A model generated the notes under the pieces. The model saw only the letters and a list, made by a program, of their open reading frames with translations. It ran no database searches and was not told the DNA's origin. Of a stretch of DNA of 64,000 nt, positions 9,957 to 18,951 are shown piece by piece. A program made the translations under genes and the position numbers. The DNA comes from an uncultured Clostridia bacterium (GTDB taxonomy: Bacteria > Bacillota > Clostridia > Oscillospirales > JAAYOS01): assembly GCA_947631015.1 (NCBI GenBank), contig CANRJS010000009.1, positions 1,301-65,300 of the forward strand, read 5' to 3'. The first letter of the stretch is position 1; each line of letters starts with the position of its first letter.

Positions 9957-11711
9957 TTGCGACTCATTCTTCACAAACTCAAGCCCTACCGGCTGCTCGT
10001 CTTTCTGACGCTGGTGCTGCTCTTTGCCTCGGCGATGTTCGAGCTCTATCTGCCGAGCCTGATGAGCGACATCGTCAACAAGGGCATCGGCGCGACGAAC
10101 GCGGCGGGCGAGGTAGTCGGCGACACCGGCACGATAATACGCATCGGCGCGTACATGCTCCTCACGAGCCTGCTCGTGTCGCTTACCGACTTCGGCGCGA
10201 ACTACGTCGCCGCCCGCTCCTCGATGGGCTTCGGGCGCGACCTGCGCGGCGACGTCTTTCGCAAGGTCAGCAGCTACTCTCTGCACGAGGTCGACAAGTT
10301 CGGCACCTCGTCGCTCATCACCCGTACAACAAACGACGTCGGACAGGTCCAGATGATGCTCTCCTTCGGTCTGCGCATGATGGTCAATATGCCCCTGAAC
10401 CTCATCGGCGGCATCATCATGGCGGTGACGAAGGCCCCGAGCCTCGCGTGGATAGTCGCGATAGCCATGCCGCTGCTCGCCCTCGTCGTCGTTCTCAACA
10501 TCAAGGTCACGACCCCGCTCTTCAAGGTCATGCAGACGAAGCTGGACACGCTCAACCGCGTTCTCCGCGAGAAACTCTCCGGCATGCGCGTCATCCGCGC
10601 GTTCAACAACGTCGACCGCGAGCGCAAGCGCTTTGACGACGCGAACTACGACCTCACCGAGACCTCATTGAAGGCCATGCACCGCATGACGCTCATGCAG
10701 CCGCTCAATATGCTCATCTTCAACGGCGCGGCGCTGGCAGTCCTGTGGTTCGGCGGCTGGAGGGCAGCCGAGGGAAACATCTCCGCCGGCGACCTGATGG
10801 CGTTCACGCAGTACCTCATGCAGATACTCATGAGCGTCATGATGGCCTCGATGATGTTCACGATGATCCCGCGCGCCATGGTCTCGATAAACCGTATCGG
10901 CGCCGTCCTCGAGGAGAATCCGAGCATAGACGACCCGGCAAAGCCGATCTCCCCCTCCGAGAAGATACACGGCAAGGTCACGTTCGACCACGTCACCTTC
11001 CGCTATCCCGGCGCGGAGAACGCCGTTCTCGAGGACATAACATTCACCGCCGACCCGGGCGAGACGGTCGCCATAATCGGCTCCACCGGCTCGGGCAAGA
11101 GCACGCTGATAAACCTCATACCGCGCTTCTACGACGTGGCGGAGGGCTCGGTGAAGGTCGACGGCGTGGACGTCCGCGACATGCGGAAGAACGACCTCCG
11201 CGGCCGCATCGGCTACATTCCGCAGAAGGCTTTGCTCTTCACCGGCTCTATATCCGAAAACATCCGCTACGGCAAGCCGGACGCCACCGACGAGGAGGTG
11301 CGCGACGCCGCGCGGATAGCGCAGGCGCTCGACTTCATCGAGGCGATGCCGGAGGGCTTCGACTCGATGCTCGCGCAGGACGCGACGAACGTCTCCGGCG
11401 GTCAGAAGCAGCGCATCTCGATAGCGCGCGCACTCGTCCGCCGCCCCGAAATATACATCTTTGACGACAGCTTCTCCGCGCTCGACTTCAAGACCGACGC
11501 CGCGCTTCGCGAGGCTCTGCGGCCTGTCTCGCGCGAGAGCACGGTGCTCATCGTCGCGCAGCGCGTCAGCACCGTCATGTCGGCCGACCGCATACTCGTC
11601 CTCGACGAGGGCAAGCTCGTCGGCATCGGTAAACATTCCGAGCTGATGGAGTCCTGCCAGGTCTACCGTGAGATCGTCGCAAGCCAGCTCAAGGAGGAGG
11701 ATATAGCATGA
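9957..11711 (+). CDS. ABC exporter, heterodimer subunit 1 (TMD+NBD, degenerate site)
   Basis: Multiple TM helices, GSTGSGKS, SGGQKQR, FDDSFSALD (Walker B E->D), switch H->Q. Confidence 0.95.
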   Translation: MRLILHKLKPYRLLVFLTLVLLFASAMFELYLPSLMSDIVNKGIGATNAAGEVVGDTGTIIRIGAYMLLTSLLVSLTDFGANYVAARSSMGFGRDLRGDVFRKVSSYSLHEVDKFGTSSLITRTTNDVGQVQMMLSFGLRMMVNMPLNLIGGIIMAVTKAPSLAWIVAIAMPLLALVVVLNIKVTTPLFKVMQTKLDTLNRVLREKLSGMRVIRAFNNVDRERKRFDDANYDLTETSLKAMHRMTLMQPLNMLIFNGAALAVLWFGGWRAAEGNISAGDLMAFTQYLMQILMSVMMASMMFTMIPRAMVSINRIGAVLEENPSIDDPAKPISPSEKIHGKVTFDHVTFRYPGAENAVLEDITFTADPGETVAIIGSTGSGKSTLINLIPRFYDVAEGSVKVDGVDVRDMRKNDLRGRIGYIPQKALLFTGSISENIRYGKPDATDEEVRDAARIAQALDFIEAMPEGFDSMLAQDATNVSGGQKQRISIARALVRRPEIYIFDDSFSALDFKTDAALREALRPVSRESTVLIVAQRVSTVMSADRILVLDEGKLVGIGKHSELMESCQVYREIVASQLKEEDIA

Positions 11712-13864
11712 ACGGCAACAACACACCTCCCAAGGGCTTTGACCCGAAGAACATGCCGAAGAACCTCGACCCGAAGAAGGCGCCGAAGGGCTTCGACCCC
11801 AAGAACATCCCGCAGGGCGCGCCCGCCGTTCTCCGCGACAAGAAGGGCAACCCGATAGTCGTCCAGTCCAAGTACGCACAAAAGCCCGGCGCGCGCCGTC
11901 CGATGCGGCGCGGAGGCCCGCCCGGCCGTCCCGGAATGCCCGGCGAGAAGGCGAAGGACTTCAAGGGCAGTCTCAAGCGCTCGATAGTCTACATCGGAAA
12001 GTTCAAGTGGGCGCTCCTGCTCGTGGCGGTGCTCTGCGTACTCAGTTCGATAGCAAACATCTTCTCGCCGAGAGTTCAGGGTCTCGCGATAAACGTGATA
12101 GACCGCGCGTTCCGCACCGGCACGCTTGACACGGCGGCGCTGCTCCGGTGGATACTCGTTCTCGGTGCGATATACGTCGCGTCGTCGCTCTTCTCGTTTA
12201 TCCAGCAGTGGACGGCGATAGGCGTCTCTCAGCGCCTCGTCCGCACGATGCGGAGCGACGTCGACGCGAAGCTCTCCAAGCTCCCGCTCAAGTACTTCGA
12301 CCAGAACACCCACGGCGAGATACTGAGCCGCGTCACAAACGACATCGACAATGTCTCCAACACTCTCCAACAGTCGATGACGCAGATAATATCGTCGGTG
12401 ATAACCCTCGTGGGCGTCCTCGCGATGATGCTCACGATAAGCTGGATACTCACCCTCGTCGTGCTCTGCATCACGCCGTTCTACATCCTCGTCGTCTACG
12501 TCATCGCGCCTAAGAGCCAGAGGTACTTCGTCGGCCAGCAGGCGGCTCTCGGCGACATCAACGGTCACGTCGAGGAGATGTTCACCGGTCACAAGATAGT
12601 CCAGGCATACGGCCGCGAGGACGAGAGCATCGAGGAGTTCGACGAGATAAACGACCGCTACTACACCTACTCGGTGAGCGCGCAGTTCATCTCCGGCATG
12701 ATAATGCCTATCAGCCGCATGCTCGGCAACACCGGCTACGTCCTCGTCTGCGTCATAGGCGGTATGCTCGTGTCGAACGGAATGCTCCCCGGCATCGGCG
12801 AGATACAGTCGTTCACGCAGTACGTCCGTCAGTTCAACCAGCCGATACAGCAGACCTCGTCGATAGCGAACACCCTCCAGTCGACGATAGCCTCGGCGGA
12901 GCGTATCTTCGAGATACTCGACCAGGTCGAGGAGCCTGCGGACATCCCGAACGCCATCACCATCGAGCGTCCGCAGGGCGCGGTGAAGTTCGAGCACGTC
13001 CGCTTCGGCTACACCGAGGACAACGTCCTCATGGAGGACATGTCCATCGACGTCCACCCCGGCGAGACGATAGCGATAGTCGGCCCGACCGGCGCGGGCA
13101 AGACCACACTCGTGAACCTCCTCATGCGCTTCTACGACGTAAACGGAAGCCGCACCGTCACCGTTGACGGCAGCAGCTACCCCGTCTCCGGCGGCGAGGT
13201 AAAGATAAACGGCACGGTCTACAAGGTGAAGGACGGCGCGGTGAACATCGCAGGCCGCAGCTATCCCGTCGAGGGCGGCGGCATCACCGTTGACGGCGTG
13301 GACATCCGCGACATGCCGAGAAGCAATCTCCGCTCGATGTTCGGAATGGTGCTTCAGGACACGTGGCTCTTCCGCGGCAGCATCCGCGACAACATAGCCT
13401 ACGGACGTCCGGACGCCACCGACGAGCAGATAGTCGCGGCGAGCCGCGCGGCGCGCGCGGACCACTTCATCCGCACCCTGCCGGACGGCTACAACACCGA
13501 GATAAACGAGGAAGCCTCGAACATCTCACAGGGACAGCGCCAGCTCCTCACGATAGCGCGCGCGTTCCTCGCCGACCCGGAGATACTCATTCTCGACGAG
13601 GCGACGAGCTCGGTCGATACCCGCACTGAGGTTCTTATCCAGACCGCGATGAACGAGCTGATGAAGAACCGCACGAGCTTTGTCATAGCGCACCGCCTCT
13701 CGACGATACGCGGCGCGGACCTGATACTCGTCATGAACCACGGCACCATCGTGGAGCAGGGCACGCACGAGAGCCTGCTTGCCGCAAACGGCTTCTACGC
13801 CGACCTGTGGCAGAGCCAGTTCACGGCGGCGCACATATCCGAGGAGGACCAGGAGAGGATGTGA
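11708..13864 (+). CDS. ABC exporter, heterodimer subunit 2 (TMD+NBD)
   Basis: GPTGAGKT, SQGQRQL, LDEATSSVD, IAHRLST; overlaps the upstream stop (ATGA). Confidence 0.95.
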   Translation: MNGNNTPPKGFDPKNMPKNLDPKKAPKGFDPKNIPQGAPAVLRDKKGNPIVVQSKYAQKPGARRPMRRGGPPGRPGMPGEKAKDFKGSLKRSIVYIGKFKWALLLVAVLCVLSSIANIFSPRVQGLAINVIDRAFRTGTLDTAALLRWILVLGAIYVASSLFSFIQQWTAIGVSQRLVRTMRSDVDAKLSKLPLKYFDQNTHGEILSRVTNDIDNVSNTLQQSMTQIISSVITLVGVLAMMLTISWILTLVVLCITPFYILVVYVIAPKSQRYFVGQQAALGDINGHVEEMFTGHKIVQAYGREDESIEEFDEINDRYYTYSVSAQFISGMIMPISRMLGNTGYVLVCVIGGMLVSNGMLPGIGEIQSFTQYVRQFNQPIQQTSSIANTLQSTIASAERIFEILDQVEEPADIPNAITIERPQGAVKFEHVRFGYTEDNVLMEDMSIDVHPGETIAIVGPTGAGKTTLVNLLMRFYDVNGSRTVTVDGSSYPVSGGEVKINGTVYKVKDGAVNIAGRSYPVEGGGITVDGVDIRDMPRSNLRSMFGMVLQDTWLFRGSIRDNIAYGRPDATDEQIVAASRAARADHFIRTLPDGYNTEINEEASNISQGQRQLLTIARAFLADPEILILDEATSSVDTRTEVLIQTAMNELMKNRTSFVIAHRLSTIRGADLILVMNHGTIVEQGTHESLLAANGFYADLWQSQFTAAHISEEDQERM

Positions 13865-13865
13865 C

Positions 13866-14250
13866 CTGCGGGGCAGCCCCGCGTCCCTGAGTGAGGCAGA
13901 GCCTCACGGGCACTTTGTGGGGCAAGCCCCACCCCCATCTAGCGGGGAAGCCCCGCGGGCATACGCGGGGCGACCCTGCGTCCCTGTTACGGGGTAAAAC
14001 CCCGTGCGAATATGCGGAACCTGGCGGTTCCGAAGGCATTGCGGGGGCTGTGCCGCCCCGCACCCCTGCGCTACTTTTTGCTCGCGCAAAAAGTAGCCAA
14101 AAAGCGCGCTTAAGGGAGAGGGCTCCGCCCTCTCCCTTAAAAATCCCTCTCCTGAATACAGACACACAACCGCAACCCACATAACAGAACGCACTCTGTA
14201 TCGAACAAATCTGTCATCCGACCGGGTGAGTTTCTGGGGAAACAATATCT
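13866..14250 (+). repeat. Family-1 modular palindromic intergenic repeat, copy 1
   Basis: Core 14043-14159 is nearly identical to 17824-17941 (TACTTTTTGCTCGCGCAAAAAGTAGCCAAAAAGCGCGCTTAAGGGAGAGGGC); second shared block 14205-14248. Confidence 0.9.
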
Positions 14251-14343
14251 GGCTTTTCTTAGGCGTCGGAGCGACAATCTACAAAAATCCGTTGTGCCGC
14301 CTGTGCACGACGGTATTATCATCCTGCGAGGTCAATACATACA

Positions 14344-15009
14344 ATGAAAACCATTCTTGTCATAGACGACGACGTACATATCGGGAACCTCCTCGAGGAG
14401 GCGCTTTCGCGCGAGGGGTACAGAGTCATGCGCGCCTACTCCGGCACCGAGGCGCTGCTGCTCCTCTCGCGCTCCGTGCCCGACCTCGTGCTTCTCGACT
14501 TGATGCTCCCCGGCCTCTCCGGCGAGGAGGTGCTGCCGAAGCTTCGCGGCATACCCACGATAGTCGTGAGCGCCAAGGCGGACGTCGAGGACAAGGTGGC
14601 GCTCCTCCTCGGCGGCGCCGTCGACTATGTCACAAAGCCGTTCCAACTCCGCGAACTACTCGCGAGGGTGGCCGTGCGCCTGCGGGACGGCGCCGCCGAG
14701 CCCTCCGTCCTGCGGTGCGGAGACCTCTCGCTCGACCCGGACGCCCGCACGGTCGAGGCGGCGGGGTGTCCCGTCCGCCTGACGCGGACGGAGTTTGCCA
14801 TCCTGAAAATGCTGATGTCAAATAAGTCGCAGGTCGTCACAAAGTCGCAGCTTCTCGATCGGATAAGCTCCGACACGCCCGACTGCACCGAAAGCTCGCT
14901 CAAGACCCACATGAGCCACCTCCGCTCTAAGCTCCGCGCCGCCGGAGGACAGGAGTATATCGAGGCGGTCTGGGGGATAGGCTTCCGGCTTTCGGAAAAT
15001 CTCAACTAG
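14344..15009 (+). CDS. OmpR-family response regulator
   Basis: ILVIDDD, LLDLMLPG, DYVTKPF, EAVWGIGFRL. Confidence 0.95.
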   Translation: MKTILVIDDDVHIGNLLEEALSREGYRVMRAYSGTEALLLLSRSVPDLVLLDLMLPGLSGEEVLPKLRGIPTIVVSAKADVEDKVALLLGGAVDYVTKPFQLRELLARVAVRLRDGAAEPSVLRCGDLSLDPDARTVEAAGCPVRLTRTEFAILKMLMSNKSQVVTKSQLLDRISSDTPDCTESSLKTHMSHLRSKLRAAGGQEYIEAVWGIGFRLSENLN

Positions 15010-15087
15010 ATCTCCACCGTTTCCTTTACCGCTTTCTCAACCTTTTTCCGGTATGCTGGACCCACCGGACAAAGGAGGTAATACGAT

Positions 15088-15999
15088 ATGGAATATGTTC
15101 TTCAAACGAGCGCCCTCAAAAAGAGCTACCGGGGCTTTCGGGCGCTCGACGGGCTCGACATGCACGTCCCGAAAGGGTCGATCTACGGCTTCGTCGGCAA
15201 GAACGGCGCGGGCAAGACGACGCTTATCCGCGTCATCTGCGGCCTTCAGGAACCGACCGGCGGCGGGTACACCCTCTACGGGCGGCGAAACAACGAGCGC
15301 GGCATCGCAAAGAGCCGCCGCAGGATGGGCGCGGTGGTGGAGGCGCCGTCGATATATCTCGATATGTCGGCGGAGGACAACCTCCGCCAGCAGTACAGGA
15401 TACTCGGCCTTCCGTCGTTTGAGGGGATAGACGGCATTCTCCGCCTCGTCGGGCTGGACAAGACGGGGCGCAAAAAGGCGCGTCACTTCTCGCTCGGTAT
15501 GCGTCAGCGGCTCGGCATAGCCGTCGCGCTCGCGGGCGACCCGGACTTTCTCGTCCTCGACGAGCCGACGAACGGGCTTGACCCGCAGGGCATCGTCGAG
15601 ATACGCGAGCTCATACTGAAGCTCAACCGCGAGCGGCAGATGACCGTTCTCGTCTCGAGCCACATACTCGGCGAGCTCTCAAAGCTCGCGACCTGCTACG
15701 GCTTTATCGACCGGGGACGCATCGTCCGCGAGATAAGCGCGGAGGAGCTGGAGGCATCCGCCGAGAAGCGCACGCGCGTCGAAGTGAGCGACGTCCGCGC
15801 GCTCGCGCGTGTGCTCGGGCGCATGTCCCTGGAGTACCGCATACTCTCGCCGACGTCGGCGGATATATACGCAAAGCCCTCCGTCTCCGCTCTCGTCCGC
15901 GAGCTCGGCGAGGAGGGGTGCGAGCTCCTCTCGGTGGAGGAGCACGACGAGAGCCTCGAGAGCTACTACATCCGACTCGTAGGAGGTGACGCGGAATGA
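15088..15999 (+). CDS. ABC transporter ATP-binding protein (BcrA/LanF-like)
   Basis: GKNGAGKTT, FSLGMRQRLGIA, LDEPTNGLDPQG, VSSHILGE. Confidence 0.93.
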   Translation: MEYVLQTSALKKSYRGFRALDGLDMHVPKGSIYGFVGKNGAGKTTLIRVICGLQEPTGGGYTLYGRRNNERGIAKSRRRMGAVVEAPSIYLDMSAEDNLRQQYRILGLPSFEGIDGILRLVGLDKTGRKKARHFSLGMRQRLGIAVALAGDPDFLVLDEPTNGLDPQGIVEIRELILKLNRERQMTVLVSSHILGELSKLATCYGFIDRGRIVREISAEELEASAEKRTRVEVSDVRALARVLGRMSLEYRILSPTSADIYAKPSVSALVRELGEEGCELLSVEEHDESLESYYIRLVGGDAE

Positions 16000-16832
16000 A
16001 CAGACTGCTTTGCGCCGACTTCTCCCGGCTTCGGAGGGACAAATTCTTCCTGATTTGCGTCTTTGCGGTGCTTGCCGTCTCCCTGCTTTACGCATTTACC
16101 GGCGGCGTCGAAAACTACCTCATTATGCTCGGGGAGGGGCGCGAGGAACCGCTTGAATACTTCATATTCGAGCTCGCGCCGTTCCTCTCGATGTTCTTTG
16201 CCTCTCTGGTAAGCCTGTTCCTCGGCTCCGAGTACACCGACGGGGCGATACGCGGCAAGCTCATCGTCGGCCACACCCGCGGCGGCGTCTACCTCTCTAA
16301 CTTTCTCGTGTGCTTTACGGCGGATCTGATACTCACAACTGTTTTCCTTCTCGGGCAGATCCCCTGCTTTGTCGTTATCGGCGCGCCCGAATTCGGATGG
16401 GGAGTGTTTGCCGCGTACATCCTCGCCCTCGTCTGCCACACGGCGGCGTTCACGGCGATATTCTGCGCTGTCTCCATGCACGTCACGAACCGCGCGCTCG
16501 CGGTGATAGTCTGCTTTGCCGTCTGGATGGTGCTCATTCTCGCGGCAAGCGGCATAAATGACCGTCTGCTCGAGCCGGAGCTGACCGGCGGAATGGTATA
16601 TATAAACGGTGAGTTTGTGATGGCGGACCCGGAGCCGAACCCGCTCTACGTCTCGGGGACAGCGCGCGCGGTGCTTGAGCGTCTGCTCGAGCTGCTTCCG
16701 AGCGGGCCCGCCATTCTCATGACAAATGCGACGCTTGAGCACCCCGTCCGCGCGGCGGCGCTCATGCTCGTCCTCACCGCCGTCGTGAACGCCGTGGGGA
16801 TGCTCGCGTTCCGAAGGAAAAACCTGAAATAG
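15996..16832 (+). CDS. ABC-2 type permease
   Basis: Hydrophobic with about 6 TM segments, EYTDGAIRGKLIVGHTR motif; coupled to the ATPase gene. Confidence 0.88.
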   Translation: MNRLLCADFSRLRRDKFFLICVFAVLAVSLLYAFTGGVENYLIMLGEGREEPLEYFIFELAPFLSMFFASLVSLFLGSEYTDGAIRGKLIVGHTRGGVYLSNFLVCFTADLILTTVFLLGQIPCFVVIGAPEFGWGVFAAYILALVCHTAAFTAIFCAVSMHVTNRALAVIVCFAVWMVLILAASGINDRLLEPELTGGMVYINGEFVMADPEPNPLYVSGTARAVLERLLELLPSGPAILMTNATLEHPVRAAALMLVLTAVVNAVGMLAFRRKNLK

Positions 16833-16841
16833 GAGGATCTG

Positions 16842-17735
16842 ATGACTGTGTTGGCATGGACGGCGGCGGGAGCGGCTTCTGTTCTCTCCCTCCTGCTCCT
16901 TATGAAGATACTCGTCATGCGAAAAAGCGCACGGGAGATAGAGGAGGCGTTTCACGACCGCCTCATGTCCGACACGAACACGCTTATCGACATATCCTCG
17001 CGCGACCGGCGTATGCGGTCGCTTGCGGAGTCGGTGAACCGCGAGCTGCGGGTGCTCCGCGCGGAGCGGCTTCGCTTCCTGCGCGGAGACGAGGAGCTGA
17101 AAAACGCCGTCACGAACATCTCGCACGACCTCCGCACGCCGCTCACCGCGATATGCGGATACCTCGACCTGCTCGACCGCGTGGAAAAGAGCGACGCCGT
17201 CGCGCGTTACCTCGACGTGATACGCGGCCGAGCGGAGTTCATGACAGGCCTCACCGAGGAGCTTTTCCGCTACTCGGTGATACTCTCCGGCGGCGCCGGG
17301 GACGAACCCGAGACGGTGTCTGTGACCGCCGTCCTCGAGGAGTGCGTCGCGGCGGACTATGCCGCGCTCACCTCGCGCGGCATAGAGCCGGCGGTCTCCC
17401 TGCCGGAGCGGAAGATTGTGCGGACGCTCGACCGCGCCGCCCTCGTCCGCGTATTTTCAAACCTAATAAGCAACGCGGCAAAGTACAGCGCGGGCGACCT
17501 CGACATAGTCCTCGCCGAAAGCGGCGAGGTCACATTCTCAAACTCCGCGCCGGGGCTTGACGAGGTGCGGGTCGGGCGACTCTTTGACCGCTTCTACACC
17601 GTTGATACGGCGCGGAGTTCCACCGGCCTCGGCCTCTCTATCGCGCGGACACTCATGCGCCGCATGGGCGGCGGCATCTCCGCCGAGTACGCCGGGGGAC
17701 GGCTCACCGTCCGCGTCGCGCTGCCAGAAGAATAG
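16842..17735 (+). CDS. Sensor histidine kinase (short intramembrane-sensing type)
   Basis: Single N-terminal hydrophobic segment, H-box ISHDLRTPLTAI, NLISNAAKY, STGLGLSIA. Confidence 0.93.
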   Translation: MTVLAWTAAGAASVLSLLLLMKILVMRKSAREIEEAFHDRLMSDTNTLIDISSRDRRMRSLAESVNRELRVLRAERLRFLRGDEELKNAVTNISHDLRTPLTAICGYLDLLDRVEKSDAVARYLDVIRGRAEFMTGLTEELFRYSVILSGGAGDEPETVSVTAVLEECVAADYAALTSRGIEPAVSLPERKIVRTLDRAALVRVFSNLISNAAKYSAGDLDIVLAESGEVTFSNSAPGLDEVRVGRLFDRFYTVDTARSSTGLGLSIARTLMRRMGGGISAEYAGGRLTVRVALPEE

Positions 17736-17744
17736 CGCGCGTCC

Positions 17745-18030
17745 ATCCAGCGGGGAAGCCCCGCAGGAATCTGCGGGGCGAGCCCTGCGTCCCTAAGTGA
17801 GGCTGAGCCTCACCACCACCTTCGCGGGGCTGTGCCGCCCCGCGCCCCTGCGTTACTTTTTGCTCGCGCAAAAAGTAGCCAAAAAGCGCGCTTAAGGGAG
17901 AGGGCTTCGCCCTCTCCCTTAAAAATCCCTCTCCTGAATACGACACAACACCATTACCCCAGAGTGTGACGACACCTTGTTTCAGACAAATCTATCATCC
18001 GACCGGGTGAGTTTCTGGGGATACAACATC
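17745..18030 (+). repeat. Family-1 repeat, copy 2 (direct orientation relative to copy 1)
   Basis: Core 17824-17941 and block 17986-18030 match copy 1. Confidence 0.9.
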
Positions 18031-18224
18031 CGACTTTCCCACTGTCTCCGACAACATCGAACAGTTCCTGCGTAGTAGAAATAAAAGTCCGGTCCTACGC
18101 TCACACTATAAGCGTAATGCAGATGCTTTCCCAAGAAAACGTAACTTTCGGTTCTATTCAGAAAGTATAAGCGTGGAAGCTTGTACTAAGCTACGAACAG
18201 ACGTCCCGCGTAGCAGAGACTTTC

Positions 18225-18515
18225 CGGTCAAAGGAAAGAGGGATACAAAGGGGAGAAAACTTTGTTTTCTCCCCTTTGTGTGCTTTTTGGTTACTTTTTG
18301 CACAAGCAAAAAGTAACGCAGGGTGCGGGGATGCAATCCCCGCATGGTGTCGGTAGAGCTCCGCTCTACCAAGGACGCGGGGTCTCGCCCCGCAGATTCC
18401 TGCGGGGTCTGCCCCGCTAGATGGGTGTGGGCTCTGCCCACTCGGGACGCGGGTCTCGCCCCGCGAATGCTCGCGGGGCTTCCCCGCTGAATGAGAGTGG
18501 GGCTGCACAGCCTCA
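18225..18515 (-). repeat. Family-1 repeat, copy 3 (inverted, more diverged)
   Basis: Reverse complement contains CTGCGTTACTTTTTGCTTGTGCAAAAAGTAACCAAAAAGC and AGCGGGG(A/C)AG(A)CCCCGC modules. Confidence 0.85.
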
Positions 18516-18947
18516 CTGCTCTTGAAGCACCTTTGTCATATGTATATGCGGACAGTGCTCGTCGAGGTATACCTCCCCCTCCGCCGCATAACCGCAGCTC
18601 TCGTAGAAGCCGCGCGCCTGCAACTGCGCCGAGACTGCGGCGCTCTTCGCGCCGTGCGAGACGCACTCGCGCTCGGCGGCGGCCATGACCGCCCTTCCGC
18701 GCCCGCCGCCGCGGAACTTCTTCCGCACGGCGACGCGGCCGATATTCCATTCGCCCGCCTTGTCGGAGGGATATATCCTGCACACGGCGGCGGCTTCGCC
18801 GCCCTCGCGGAAAAGGAGGTGCAGCGACTTTCCAGGCTCGTCGAGCCCGTCAAACTCGACCTTGAAGCCCTGCTCCTCCACGAATATTTCCAGACGTATG
18901 GCGCGCTCCTCCTCGAAGGGCGCGCCGCTCACTTCGTAGTCAGCCAC
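18513..18947 (-). CDS. GNAT acetyltransferase (YjcF/ElaA-like)
   Basis: IRLEIFVEEQGF, IGRVAVRKKFRGGGRG, SAQLQARGFYESCGY. Confidence 0.92.
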   Translation of the reverse strand: MADYEVSGAPFEEERAIRLEIFVEEQGFKVEFDGLDEPGKSLHLLFREGGEAAAVCRIYPSDKAGEWNIGRVAVRKKFRGGGRGRAVMAAAERECVSHGAKSAAVSAQLQARGFYESCGYAAEGEVYLDEHCPHIHMTKVLQEQ

Positions 18948-18951
18948 TGTT

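Noticed and set aside
13142-13297. Intein in the ABC NBD
   Set aside because: Too short (42 aa), with no N-terminal C/S or C-terminal HN splicing motifs.
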